Positions 1 to 13,580 of a DNA stretch of 45,483 nucleotides are shown piece by piece. A program made the position numbers and the translations under genes. The first letter of the stretch is position 1; the number at the start of each line of letters is the position of its first letter. The notes beneath the pieces were generated by a model. The model did no database searches and was not told where the DNA came from. It saw nothing but the letters and a program-made list of their open reading frames with translations. The DNA is taken from contig ML992511.1 of assembly GCA_010093995.1 (NCBI GenBank), positions 62,849 through 108,331 on the forward strand, written 5' to 3'. The stretch comes from Elsinoe ampelina. Lineage: Eukaryota.

Positions 1-2104
1 ATTTTAACTACCCTTACTATAGTATAGTACGCTACGAGGTTAATAAGTAACTCTTGCTCTAAGTTACTATTAGCATCTTCGATCGCTAGTAAGCTAGGAA
101 AGCTTACTATTAACGACATGTCTACTACTAGTTTAACCTCGGGCGAATATAGAAGGTCTTTTAGTATAGAAGGATAGAGTAGGCCTAAGTTAGAGGTAGA
201 ACTCTTCTATAGGGACCGCGCTTACTTAAGGCGCTTTCTTGTTTAACTTAAAGCCTTCTTCGCCCTAGAGAGAGATAAGTATAGTAACAACGCGGCAAAG
301 GTCCTCTATACCGGGATATATCTTAAGAGCGCCGCCTTCGGGTAGTTTAAGCCTTATATAAGTAGCTACCTAGATAGACAACTAGGCCTAGAGATAAAGG
401 CTATCTTTAAGAGCTTTAGTATCTTCTAGGCAAAGATTAAGTAAGTCTTTAACGTATCTAACGAGAAACGCGTTGCTATGACAAAGATCTAACAATTATA
501 ACAACGTAGGTCTATAGCCTAGTACTATTCCTAGTTCTAACAACTCGTAATACACCTAGACTAGGACAATAGTACTAAACACTTAGCATTCTATTAAGGA
601 CTAAGCGACTTAGTTAAAGACTAAATAATACCTAAGCTACTCGATAGTCTTTAGGAACTAGTAGACACTACAATTGCTATCGATAATAGACTTTACGAAC
701 GACGTATAGAACGTTATAGGGGATATAAGGTAAACACTAGATATACGCGTTTCTCCCGAAACTATAGAGACCCTATAGAACTTAATACTATACACGAAGG
801 CTGCCCCTTATAGATACGAGGCTATAGTCGTAGAGGAAAGTTCCTTAGTAGAAAAGAGAGAGAGAAGTATAGATAAGATAATCTATGTTTTAAGTGTAAA
901 AGACCTAGGCATTAGGCTAGGGACTACTAATAAGGGGCGCTAGCCGATAGATTACATATAATAGTTACTAGGCTAGTAGAAAAAAAAGGTCGACACTACT
1001 ATAGAAGACCTAACGACCTTTAGCGTAGGTAAGGAAACATAGAAGAGGTCTATAACGACTTAAGAGGTAATAGAATTTTCTCCGGATGTTACGCTTAATA
1101 TCTCTATAACTAATAGCGAATAACAAAGCTAATACGTAACGCTATTATAGATAGTATATTACGATAACTCTTGTTATATTTACTTATTAGACAAGTAGAG
1201 ATCTAGTTAGTTCCTATATAAGCTATCTAAGCGTAGGTAACTAACAAAATAGCTAGACTAGGGGCTTAACCTAGAAAGGCTCTCTATAATTAGTAGTAAC
1301 ATTAACTAACCTTAGAAGGTAGTTAGCGACAATTACTAATATACAATTATCGAGACAAAGTATTAGAACGCAAGTGCTATATAATAATATAGTAGCCTTA
1401 CCTTTAGCCTTTATAGCGAACTACAAGGAAAGGTATATTATATATCGCTCTAGAAATATACAAATCTAGATTACGAATAGTACTATACTATCTACTTATA
1501 CGATATGCTTAGAGAAGACGCTATTAGTCTTAAATATACTATAGACTTCTTAGTAATCGAGATAGATAGTACTATTCCCTATAGCTAAGTAAAAGAATAT
1601 ACTTAGTATAGCCTTACTAACTATAACTATACTAGAGGTAGTAGCGATAAAGAGGAATATAACGAAGAATATACCGAACAACTACGATATAACAACATAG
1701 ATAAGGACTTATCTAACAACAACGACAATAACGTACTACTATCGGGCAGACGACTTAAAGTATACCTTATAGAGATATAGAGGAATTATATAATAATATA
1801 CACCTACTACTAGAATAGGATATAATAAGACAAATCTACATAACTTGTTTTTGTCTTTAATACTAACGCCTAGCTATACCTAGAAGGAATAGTTATACCT
1901 ATATAGGTATATAACACTACTTAGTACAACTAGTAGAGAATTATTAGACTTTATAGTTACTAAGGGACTTAGGCGCTAGAAGTTTACCTTACTATGTTAA
2001 ATAGCGATAAAACACAACTTGCCTAATAGATATAGTACTAATAGTAGATACGTATAGGAAGGGATTAGCTACTTATCTAAGGAGCTATAATGACAAAAAA
2101 CTAG
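1..2104 (+). pseudogene. gag: Gypsy-1 gag (long C-terminal extension), RIP-degraded
   Basis: De-RIP reading gives DPMELD-like motif (~770-790) and zinc knuckle LCFKCKRPGHxARDC (~883-927). AAAAAAC-TAG slippery/stop site at 2095-2104. Confidence 0.8.
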
Positions 2105-5100
2105 CTAGTTGTCGCCTAATAAGGTAAGACAATAACACTAGCTAAAGCCTTAATATAATAAAGATCTATATATTAAACTACTTTATACTAGAAGTCGAAA
2201 TATAAGGAAGTAAGGTAAGAGCAATAATAGATTTAGGAGCTAACTATAGCTATATCTCTATAATAGTTACTAATTAGCTTAAACCTTATTAACACTAGAA
2301 GGAGTTACCTTACCTACTTACTATAGCGGATAGAACCTCTATAGGGAAGAACGGGAAAGTTACTTAGGAACTACGAAATGTTATAATCTAAATTAAAACA
2401 CACACGGAAAAACAATCGATCGATATAGTTAACATATAGTATAATATAGTACTTAGTATAGACTAGCTTTAATAACACAATCTAGACGTAGACTAGATTA
2501 AAGAAACACTCGAATTCCCTAAGTATAATTATAGGACATAGGGAGTATAATTAGCTCTATAGATACTAACTATAAGGACAGTATAGGTATAACTAATAGT
2601 TAGAGCTATTACTAGTGTAAGTAATTAAGTACTTCCGCCGGAATATAAAGACTTTAAGGACTTATTTAAAGAAAGAGAAGGTATTATAGCCTTACTCTAA
2701 TATAAACTATAGAATTACAAAATACCTTTTAAAGAAGGTAAATCCCTAACACACTATTAAGGTCTTATACTACTATTAAAACAAGAGGAGAATGTCCTTA
2801 AGAACTATATCGATAAGTACTTACTTAAAGGATTTATACAACTATTAAAATTACCTATTATGTATAGAGTGCTTTTTACACTAAAAAAGGATAGAACGTT
2901 ATAAATATATATTAATTACTAGAAACTTAATACACTTACTAGGAAGAATTACTATTCTCTACTAAGAATTAACAAACTTTAAGACTAACTACTTAAAGCT
3001 AAATAGTTTACTATAATTAATATTAGAGACGCCTATTATTAAGTATAAATAAAGGAGAGTAAGGAGTAGAAGATAGCTTTTAGGACGTAATAGAGTCTAT
3101 ATAAGTACCTCGTTATACTCTTTAGGTTAACTAACACTCCCGTAACTTTCTAAGAGTTAATTAATAACACTCTATAAAAATACCTTAACGATTTTGTCTT
3201 AGTATATTTAAATAATATTATTATCTTCTTAAAGATATATAATAAACATATAGGACATGTTCGTAAAGTACTATAGAAACTAAAAAAAAAAGACCTACCG
3301 GTAAAACTCTCTAAGTGTAAGTTCTATAAACATAAGATATAATTTCTAGGCTATATTATATCTACTAATAGTATCAGACCCGATCTGAAGAAGATCAAGT
3401 TAGTAAATAACTAGCTAGAACCTATAATAGTTAAGGAGGTTTAAGCGCTACTAGAGTTCTTTAACTACTACTATAAGTTTATTAAAGAATTCTCTAAGGT
3501 AGCTATACTAATATCTAACCTTACGAAAAAGGAAACTAGCTTTGTCTTTAACAAGAGATATAGGTAGGCCTTTAAGGAGCTAAAGCTTAGACTTATAATA
3601 GCACCTATTCTAGCACTCTTCGACCTAGACCGATAAGCACTACTAGAAACAGATGCCTCGGACTTTGCGATAGAAGCGTATCTAGCGTAGAAGGGCGTAG
3701 AAGGATAATGCTACTTAATTATATACTACTTACGAAAAATGACCGGACCTAAACTTAACTATAATATATATAACAAGGAATTACTTATAATTATAAAAGC
3801 GTTCCGCGAATAGAGAGTATACCTAGAAGGAACAACCTTACCCGTATAAGTCTATACTAACTATAAGAACCTTCTATATTAGACAATAACTAAGGTTCTT
3901 AATAGACGACAGGTTCGATAGTTAGAAACACTTATAAGCTATAACTTCTAGATCTACTATGTTAAGGGATTAGAGAATAATAGAGTAGACGCTCTTAGCT
4001 GCTAGCTAGATTACTTAAAAAACATAACAATAATAGAGGCCTCTATACTAAAGTAGTAGGACGGCGCTCTAGTCTATAAGCACCCGAAGGTAGAGTAGTT
4101 ATATAGCCTTACCTAGGAGCTTACGTAAGAACGAAAGAAAGAAGTTATTTAAATATACTATAATAACCTAATAGCGGGACATAGTAGGATTAATAAGACT
4201 ATCGAACTTATTACATAAAACTACCTCTAGAAAGAACTCTAAAACAATATTAAAACGTATATCGCTACCTATAATACATGCTATAAGTCTAAGCACTCTC
4301 GATATAGACTATATAGCCTACTATAACTCTTGCCACTACTAGACAAACTATAGTAATTAGTTATAATAGACTTTATAGGACCTCTACTACTATTAGAAGA
4401 ACCTCTTACAGGTATAAAGTATAATAGCATTCTAGTCCTAGTAGATAGGTTTACGAAGTATTACTACTTTGTCCTATATAAGACAATAGTAACTACCGAG
4501 GATATAGCCTTTACCTTCCTTCGAATAATTGTTTTACGACATAGAGTACTATAAGACCTAATAACTAATAGAGATAAGCTATTTACGTTATAATTCTAGT
4601 AATTATTTATAGACCTACTAGGAGTTAAATATAAGCTATTAATCTTCTTTTACCTATAAACGGACGAATAAACTAAATAGGCAAATTAAGTACTAGAGTA
4701 GTACCTATAATACTACCTAAACTATAAGTAAGACTTATAAGCGATACTATTACTGCTCGTAGAGCTCGCTATCAATAATAGAAAGTTAGTAAATAGAATT
4801 TTACTATTCTACGTAAACTATAGAATACACCTAGATCTATACTACGATATACTTAGAATTAAGCTAGTATCTAAGGATGCTAATATACTAGTAGCTAATA
4901 TTAAGAAACTATATAACTAGCTATACTATAATATAGCATTTATATTATAAAGAATAGTAGAGTTTGCTAACCGGAAGAGAATTATAGGACTAATTCTATA
5001 GGAGAGAGAGAAAGTTTACCTCCTTAGTAAAAATATTAAAACAAAACAACCAAGTAAGAAACTTAACTATACTAAACTAGGACCCTTTAAGATCCTAGAA

Positions 5101-5475
5101 AAGAAAAACAAGAACGTATATAAACTAGAACTACTAAGATATATAAGGATTTATCTAGTCTTTTATATATTACTACTAGAGAAAGCACTATAGAATACTA
5201 TACCTAGACCTATCGAACTAGAGGAAGAAACACAGGAGCTACGGTATAAGATAGAAAGGGTTTTACGTTATAAACTTATAAAAGAAAAACGCTACTATCT
5301 TATTTACTAGAAGGGACATTAGTATAGTAAAGTAATATAGGAACTAGAGGAGCACCTTACCTCGTAAGTAATTCTAGATTACTAGATCGAGAACCTATCC
5401 TAAGTAAACTAACTAGACGGACTTAGTACTCTAAACACTAAACAAAAACGAGAATACCTAAGGAAGATTACTTAA
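2101..5475 (+). pseudogene. pol: Gypsy-1 pol (protease, RT, RNase H, integrase, chromodomain), RIP-degraded
   Basis: AMIDSGA-like (2221), KKDGTLRMCIDYRKLN-like (~2884), YLDD-like (~3205), TDASDFAI (3650), TDGQTER-like (~4660), GPF (5080), chromodomain YEIERV..YLIHWKG..TWEPEEHL (5245-5358). In-frame TAA at 5473-5475. Confidence 0.92.
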
Positions 5476-6020
5476 CTAATAGAAGCACCTTAATTGTTAC
5501 TAAGTAAGAAACTCTAATCGGAGTTAAGCATAAATAACTACTAGTCCTACGGTAGGACGGGATCTACTAATAATAGTATTTCCTTCTACTCTAAGACTTA
5601 AATACGAGTCTCTTCTAGAGAGATTACTTTCTCTACCTTATCCTTTAACTTTTACATCTCTTTACATAGGTAAAGCTTATTACCTATAGCTCTTTAATAA
5701 GCCTCTTTTGCCTTTTTATAAGCTTCTTTAGCTTCTCTTCTAGTAGCCTTAGCTATAACTAATTCCTTTCGTAAATAAATATGCTTAGACTAAAGACGCT
5801 ACTATTTTGATTTTATTACCTAAATATTATAACTCGAGTAGTTACTTACGATATACTAGCTATAGATACCCGACTAAATATAGACCTTATAGTCTAGCCC
5901 CTTCGATTTACAACGAGAATAAGCCTACGGTATGTTAGTTCTAAATAGTTTAATAAACTCCGAGAGATTCTTTCGTATAGATATACTAGATTTGCTATGC
6001 CTTCGACAACTAGGAGGCAT
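5472..6020 (-). pseudogene. Antisense accessory ORF of Gypsy-1, ~182 aa, Zn2Cys6-like cluster plus coiled coil (brtn-like)
   Basis: Intact ATG at 6020. Reading TAT/TAC as RIP-mutated TGT/TGC gives A-C-S-R-C-K-S-K-G-L-D-C-K-V-H-I-x-S-G-I-C-G-Q-C-I-A-S-N-x-S-S-C-D (C-x2-C-x6-C-x8-C-x2-C-x7-C), then an E/K/A/R-rich helix. All internal stops are TAG/TAA. Confidence 0.75.
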
Positions 6021-6094
6021 ATTTAGTATATAGCGCGTAAGAATAAGGAAGAATACTTACTTATTAGAATAACTTAATTAAAGGAGAAGAGTAA

Positions 6095-6557
6095 TGTTAC
6101 GAACTAGTAGGATAGCTAGAATATAGAGACGTTAGAACTAATTAAGCTACCGAGATTATCACGTGACCTAGCCTAACGTTTACCTAGTTCTCTATCTTCT
6201 CTAGCGGCTCTACCTCTAAAACTATAGAGCACATAGGTTACTAGCGAACGTGTACTCTATATTACTCCCGACTCTTGCTATAGAGCATATAGAGCACATA
6301 GAGAACATAATAGAGAACACATATATATAGGAATAGTCCTTACCTTATATAAGTACTATAGTTAACCTCGTCTAGATAGCGAACACTAGTATTACTAAGG
6401 CTAGCCTTTATAATACTATCTAATTGTACTTTATTATCTATAAGACATACCTTCTCTAACTCTTACCTTAGTACTATACTACTATAGAAGTAGAACTACC
6501 TTGTTCCTAGCTTAGCTTAGACTACTAGTGTAGGCTATGTTTAGACAGTTCGTAATA
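6095..6557 (+). repeat. 3' LTR of Gypsy-1 (463 bp)
   Basis: Starts TGTTACGAAC just after the PPT and ends GTTCGTAATA (inverted terminus, CA>TA). Internal TAGAGCACAT-like repeats at ~6222-6322. Confidence 0.88.
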
Positions 6558-7033
6558 TAAAGATCCCTAAGCTTCTTAATCCTAAGGTAAGTAAATCTCC
6601 TATACTAGAGCTAATACTCTATCTTAGAGTTATTAGGTCCTAAGTTAATAAGATTCTCTTATTGCTTATCCTAGGTTAGATATATATACTTAGTCTATAA
6701 TGTAATTATAGGCTAGATAGTAAGAAATACTAAATCTTAATTAGCTAGATCTAGAATTAAGCTAGGCTTAGATCTAAAATATAGCTTTTAATTAGCTAAT
6801 TACTTAAAGAGGAATTAGATAATATATACTCCCTCTCGAATTCTAGCTTTAAGTAATAGTTGCTTTTACTAATTAAGAACAAGAAAAGAATTTAAATTAA
6901 GAACTTTAGAAACCTCTAAATCTAAGTATAGCTTATAATAGAAGACTAAATTAATACTAAGATTAGGTATATAAAGAGCCTATATCTTTATCTTATCTCT
7001 CTTCTTAGTCTTAATAACTATAGTTCCTATTAA
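6558..7033 (-). mobile_element. Ty1/Copia element 'Copia-A', fragment 3 (protease C-terminus to GAG-pre-integrase)
   Basis: Minus strand de-RIP reading: IGTVVIK, ALYVPNLGINLV, LWHRRFAHLG..KLRDL. Confidence 0.85.
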
Positions 7034-7244
7034 TATAACAGAGTATCTAGATAGAGTAGGTACGATGTCTCTAAGATAGAGAAGTAATAGAGGAGAAGTA
7101 TACACTATATAAATACAACGACAAATTTCTAACCTCTCTATAGGAGGTTAGGAACTACTACTATATATACTATATAGGATTATAGCTAGAATAACGTATC
7201 TCTAATATCTATCTACTAGTCGTAAGTTTATAGTTCCTATTATA
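7034..7244 (-). repeat. Gypsy-2 3' LTR (211 bp)
   Basis: Colinear with 14745-14955; the differences seen are transitions. Confidence 0.95.
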
Positions 7245-7769
7245 ATTGCCTTCTTCTCTATAGGCCTATCCTTAGGCTAGTCCCTTGTTAAAACTCTCTA
7301 GTAGTAGGGAAAGAGTAGACTACCTTCGGAGCGTTGTTATGCTATATATAGAGGTCTATATACGAGGTCTTAGCATTAGGTAAGGAATGTAAAGTGTAGC
7401 TCTACTTAACTTTATATATAAATTTGCCTTACCTAGTATATATAACAACGTTATTCCCTTGTTTCCTAGCTACTATTATGCTAGCTATAACGATAATTAG
7501 TAGGCTACCTTATTTCTTCTTATATCCTTCTTCTCTTAATTAGTATAGGAGCCTTCTATTATCTATAATAATAAGACAATAGAACAATAGGACGCTCCGA
7601 TATATATACGAGGCTTTTCTCTTATTAGAATATCTCTTCTCTTTCTTCTAAAAACCCTTTTACTAAAGTATAGCTCCTTACTCTCTACCTTATATTCTAT
7701 ACTAATATCTCCTAGTATCTCTCTAACGTCTTATTATTCTTTCTCCGCTATTAGGAATCTTCTTTTAAT

Positions 7770-8455
7770 ATGTCTTCTCTAGTAAGTACTACCTCTAGTA
7801 GACCTAACTATAGCTAGATCTAGCGCGAAGGTACTTCGCTATTGTCTCCTAGTTATACTAACGTTGTTCTTATTATAGAGAGCTCTTACGTTAACTGTCT
7901 TAAGCTTACTACTAAATACGTAATGTCGGATAATACTAACTTTACTAATAACCTCCGCTACTATAAGAAGTAGAATAATTATGCCTTCTACTAGCTCTAT
8001 AAGCTCTGCTATAATAGCTATATCTTTATAGGTCTAACGACTATTCTCCGTCGAAGCGATACTAATACTCCTAGTTCCTTAAGTGCTATAGTAATAAACT
8101 TAAGGCTACTAGAGTTACTTACGAGGCTATCTACGCTCGTTGTTATACTAATAAGGATAAGGAGTTAGACGCTATACTAGCTAATAAGTAGCGTATTTAC
8201 GACGCCTATACTATAATAGTAAGATATATTACTACTCTTAAGGCTAAATATATTTCTACTAAGAAGAAGAGAAAGAGAGGAGAATCTAACTCCGATAATA
8301 ATTCGCCTATGACCTATAAGGACTTTGCCGCCTTACTTGCTAGTAGCTAAAAGACTAACGAGTTATTAGCAAAGATTATCGGCGCCTAGTCTACTAGGAA
8401 GGCTTCTGCCTATACTACTATATCGGCCTCTAGTAGTACTACTAGTAGAGCCTAA
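7770..8455 (+). pseudogene. Gypsy-2 antisense accessory gene A, ~212 aa, Cys cluster + KKKRKR + coiled coil, one intron (8028-8074)
   Basis: ATG at 7770, exon 1 of 86 codons. De-RIP pattern C-x2-C-x20-C-x9-C-x2-C-x6-C-I-F. 47-nt intron (G>A)TAGGT...ACTAAT...CTAG. Exon 2 reads ...KKKRKRGES...KDFAALLASSxKTNELLAKI... Confidence 0.72.
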
Positions 8456-8856
8456 GAGATTTAGGGAGTTAGAGTAGTTACTAGTATAGTATTCGGGTTT
8501 CTAGGTATAAGTATAAGTTCCTTAGTCAATGTAATAGCTTAGAGCTATCGGAGATAGATTTTGCCTTTTAGAGTTTATAGAGTTTTTTGCTTTCTACTTC
8601 TTCTTTTTGCCTAAGTCTTTTATTTTATAGCCCCTAGTAGAGCTATAGCTCTTAGATTACTCTTGCTCCTTTATTAGGGCCTATTATTCCCTTAGGTATT
8701 GTTATATTATTAAGAGTCTATTATTAAGGTAAGTATTATTAAGGAGAGTATTATTGTTTAGATAATAGAGAAGCGATATATATATACTATCTTCTCTCTC
8801 TTTCTCCTTAATCTCCTTAGACTCCTTATTCTCTCTATCTACTTAACTTCTACACT

Positions 8857-9551
8857 ATAATATTAGAATCTTATAGTATTATAACCTACTATGTCTCTAC
8901 CGATTAGATTAATAACTCTAGCTACGCTATGTCCTTCGAGTCTCTAGAGATTACTAACGTTGTTATAGAGGCGATATACTGTCTTAGATTCGGTAGAGAC
9001 TTCTCTAGTAACTATAACTATAACTATAGTAAGAGCTCTAAGCCTAAGTTTCTATAGTTCTAGACCTCTTCTAACTATGCTACGCTAGTGTACTACTATT
9101 AGTATAAGCCTTGTATTTGCTACTAGACTACTATATATCTTAACTATAAGTAGGCCTAGTCCTAACGTATTTATAACAACGATATAGGCACTTTCCTCCG
9201 CTACTATCTCTATTAACACTTCTATACTAAATATGTCTTCGTATGTTTTTGTTCTACGTTGTTACTATAATAGCTAACCTATAGTAGTATAACGTCTCTT
9301 ATACTCTACTTATTAAGAGTCTTATTTCGACCTAGCGCGCCTTTAATACTACTATCTATATTTAGGAGTCTAACGAAGATATAATAGAGTCCCTATATAG
9401 CAATCTTATTCTTAAGCTTATAGAGCTAGATAAGCCTAAAGACTTAGAGGATAGAGTTAAGATAGACCTCTTATAATTCGCTAGTGTTACGTTAGAGATA
9501 TATTATTAGACTAACGTTATACTTTTTTATAACATAGACTTACTTTTTTAA
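8857..9551 (+). pseudogene. Gypsy-2 antisense accessory gene B, Cys cluster, one intron (9241-9287)
   Basis: Frame 8857-9240 (in-frame ATG at 8929) ends de-RIP R-C-H-L-C-Q-H-F-H-T-E-C-V-F. Intact GTATGT donor at 9241, GCTAAC branch site at 9273, TAG acceptor at 9284 or 9287. Acidic helical exon 2. Both ends approximate. Confidence 0.62.
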
Positions 9552-9601
9552 ATCTTAATCTCGTGCTATTTCCTTATCTCTCTCTTTCTCTATAGCGTAA
9601 G

Positions 9602-12600
9602 TTTAAGCTCTTTAAGCCTTATAAGTCTCTTACTTAATGTAGCGTTACTTCGCTATTATGCTTAGAATAAGGCCCTTCTTCTCGAAGTTCTTAATTTTAC
9701 TAATAGTATTCCGTAGATGCTTTATTAGCTCCTAGCTAGCTTCCTCTTTAGAATAGCCTTTCTAGAGTATCTTATAGTAAGTCTTGCCCCTAATAAGACT
9801 CTTATTAACTACCTCTTTAACCTTATATTCTTCTTCCCCCTTAATTTCTACTAGCGGTAGAGTAATATTGTTACCTTATTAGTAAGCCTTAAGGAGAGAT
9901 ACGTAAAAGGTCGAGTAGATTAATTTTATATATACTAGAAGGTTAAGTTAGTATACTTAGTAGCCTACTATCTTAGCGACGGTAAATAGACCTATAAACT
10001 TCGCCGCTAGCTTCTTCTTTAGCTAGAGGGACTAAAGATTCTTAGTACTTAGTATAACTTCTTAGCCTTTCTTAAACCTTATTAGCTAGTGCTTCTTATT
10101 ATAGTATACCTCCTACTACGCGATAGCGTTAAGCCTATACTACTTAAGTTCTTCTCTTATGTCTTATAGGGCCTTTGCTCTTACTTCTACTACTAGTGCT
10201 TCTAGTAGTTATAGAGCTACCTCCTTCTTTATAGCGTTAGCCTTAATATTGTTAGAGAGACATAGGACTATTCCGTAAATATAGTAGAGTAGGCTTACCC
10301 CTAGTAACGCGCTATAGGAGCTATTATAGGCAAACTCGGCCTAATATAGCTAGTATAGCTAGTTATCTTAGTAGAAATTAATAAACACCCTTAGGTACTA
10401 TTCGATTATCTAGTTCTACCTCTCCGTAGCGCTATTAGTTTAAGAGTAAAACGCTATTAAGAGGCGTCTCTAGACCTTCTATCTCTAGTAGAGAAACGTC
10501 TAAAATTTAGACTTAAATAGGGTACCCCTATTAGTAATCTAGCTTCTTAGGAACCTATAGCGACTAAGAATCTTTCTCTCTATAATGTCGACTAACTCTT
10601 AGGCCTCTATGTCTTTTCTTACTAGAACGTATCTAACGTATTTAGATACTCTATCTACTAGCACTAAAATTGAATCGGTAACGGAGCTCTATTAGTCCTT
10701 TACTAGAGGTAAATCAGTAATAAAGTCTATTAACTAATACTAGAGTACTTCTCTAATAGAGAGTAATCTTAGAGCCTATATTTTACTATAGAGCTAATAT
10801 TAAGGAACCTTTGTTCTTTAGCACTTATTATAGTAATTTACGTATCTAGTAACGTCTATCGTTATACCCTTCTAATAGTACTTCTACTTTAGTATAAAGA
10901 GTGTCTTTTCTATTCCGAGGTAGCCTACTATTAGATTATTATAATTTCTATAGAGTATCTCTATAGTTAGTATTTTTATAGCTAGGATAAAGACTTTGTC
11001 TTAGAATAGTAGGACACTATTGTCTTACTATCTCTAGCTCTCTCTCTTAGTAGTCTCTCTTTCTTTAGAATCGCCGAGACGTTTTAGTATTGTCTCTACT
11101 ATAGTATCTCGCTACTATAGCCTCTTTACTAGGCTAAGTAGCCTCGGTAGTGCTTCTTTATATATATTGTCTTCTTTCGTAGCTATCGCGTATAGATATC
11201 TAGAGCTAGTAAGTTCTCTATAATTTCTCTATAATCTCTCTACTATAGTTATCTATAGGGAATAGCAAAAGGAACTACTTACCTCTAGGGGAGCGGACCT
11301 ACTATCTCTACTCTTATAGGGAGCTATCTTAGCTTCCGCGTCTATGTCTAGTATCTTACCTTAGGCTATAACACTCTCTTAGGTATCTTTAGATCTTCTA
11401 GTATACTCTACCTCGCTACGCTATCTCGGTAAGGAGTCCTCGGTAACTACTAAGTTTATATCTAGTATCTTACCTTATACATCTTAGGTTAACTTAACCT
11501 ATTTAGCTACTATTATAGCGTTAAGGAGAAGACGTCTCTCCGGCCTCTTATATAAGTCTCTTAGGACCTATAGGTGCGAGTCTACCTTAGCTTACTTATC
11601 TCTAGTATCTAGGTCTAGCCTTCTCGATAGTCTATCGGTAGAATTAAGCTTCCCCGGGTTATAGGTAATCTAAATATTATATTATAATAGCTCTTCGCTA
11701 ACGCGTGCCTATTAAGCTAAGAGCGTCTTAGTTATTAAGAAGTATTTTAGGTTATTATAATCTATAAATACAGTAGTAGTAGAAGAAATAGAGAGGAGAT
11801 ACTACCGCTAGTAGCGCGCTACCTTAAGGATAGTAAGTAGCTCTTAGTTATACGTAGGCTAGTTTAACTCTACTCTCTATAGTTTCTGCGAATAGTATAT
11901 AATAGAGTACTATTAGACTGCCTTCTCTCCGCCGTCGCCGAATAGTTATATAGTAATCCTAGAGATAGTAAATCTAGAGGAGTTAGTATATATCCTTATA
12001 TTCTTACTTTTATTAAAAAACTATAGGAGGGAAGTAGTTATAAAGCAGTCTTTAAGATATTAGAATAATTACCTAGCACTATTAGTAAAGTAGAAAGGAC
12101 CTATCTATTTTCTATTTTTGCTCTCTATAAGTAGTTATATTATAGGTCTTATTATTTCTATATAGCTATTAATAAACCGTTAGTAAAAGTTTATAAATCT
12201 AAGGAAGATCTAGAGTTCTTTTAGGGAAGTAGGTTCTAGCTAGTCTATAATAGCTTAAACTCTCTAGAGCTCTATCAAGACGCCCTCAGAGCCTAGAACA
12301 TATTCTAGAAACTATACTTCCTTAACTTTAAAGGCGTACTTAGAAGCCTTTATAAAAAGAAGATACTTCCTAAGTCGCGCTAGAACTTCTTTAACATGCC
12401 TACGGTGCTATAACAGATCTCGGGAGTAGATAAGAATATTATCTATATAGACGATATAGTAGTAATTAACTAAGCTATCGAGGCATTAGCTAATATATAA
12501 CTAGAAGGTAGTAGGAGCGTTTACGAGACTAAAAGGTATAACTACGTATTTAAAATATCTATATCTACATCGGAATACTATCTTCTATTCGTTGCTCCCC

Positions 12601-13580
12601 TTAATCTAGATATAGTAATATACGTCCCTAAGATCTATTTTTAAGTATACCTTAGCCCTCTAGATTCTATCGAGCATCTCGGTAATAAGGGGTAAAGAGT
12701 AGTAGTTCTTTACTAAGACGTTGTTAAGACCTCGGTAGTTAACGTAGAGACGTAGCAACTTATTAGCCTTAGATATAAAGAGGATAGAAGCCTCTACGGG
12801 GCTAGTAGAGTAGTAAATATAGCCTAGCTTTAAATTCTTAGCTAGGTACTCTCTAAGAGCACTTAGCTCCGTCTCTACAAGGGCGTAAATAGGTCCTTAT
12901 AGAGGTTACTTCCCTTCGATAAGTTCGATTAAGTAGTTATATAGTGCCGGAGGGGGTATAGTAATAGCTTCCTTATTGTCGAATATATCTAAGAAGTTAT
13001 AGAGCTAGCTTAGGAGCCTACTCTATAACGTTAGAGCGTTATCTTTATAGATTATATTTAAGAAAACTATATAGCACTATAGCTACTCTAACATTTCCTT
13101 AGTAAATTCTTCTACTATTAGGAGTATTATATTAACGCTAGTAGAGCAATGTCTCTACCTCTAGCTTTGCTAATTAATGTCTAGGTTAATACTAAAGAGC
13201 TATATCTAGCCTAGTACTAAGTTGTATCCCTTTATCTCTACTAACTTAAAGCACTATCGAATCTCCTTTATAACGCTATAGTAGTTAGTAGCTTTTACTA
13301 TAAGATAGTAGTATCTATATAAGCGTATCTCGTACTAGTTAAGGAACTTTACTCTTGTTACGCTATTAGTACGTAGGTAAACTTCTTTCTCCTTTACGTA
13401 ATAGTAGTTAATAAAATAAATATTAGTCTCTAAATCTATAAGAGATATAGCTACGCGATTAGTAGATAGGACTCTACCTTCCTAACTAAAGTAAATATCT
13501 ATTCTTAGTTAGCTTAGTAGCGGACCTCCTTTAGATACTCCTAGCTATATAGAGGCGAGATCTATAGCTAGGGTATCTAG
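9602..13580 (-). pseudogene. pol: Gypsy-2 pol
   Basis: Minus strand: IVYMDDILIYS-like (~12423-12455), integrase core, chromodomain EEYEVEEV..YKILWKGY..EASWEP (~9715-9835). Ends approximate. Confidence 0.9.

Larger units (their letters stand above)
1..6557 (+). mobile_element. Ty3/Gypsy chromovirus-type LTR retrotransposon 'Gypsy-1', RIP-inactivated; 5' LTR lies outside the window
   Basis: Order gag-PR-RT-RNaseH-IN-chromodomain recognisable despite RIP. Polypurine tract AAAGGAGAAGAGTAA ends at 6094, followed by an LTR with TGTTACGAAC...GTTCGTAATA termini. Confidence 0.95.

Noticed and set aside
7019..7032. 14-bp identity between the Gypsy-2 target flank and the LTR end at 7229-7242
   Set aside because: The flank encodes the Copia IGTV motif and RIP inflates AT-rich matches; the clean 5-bp TSD indicates normal integration.
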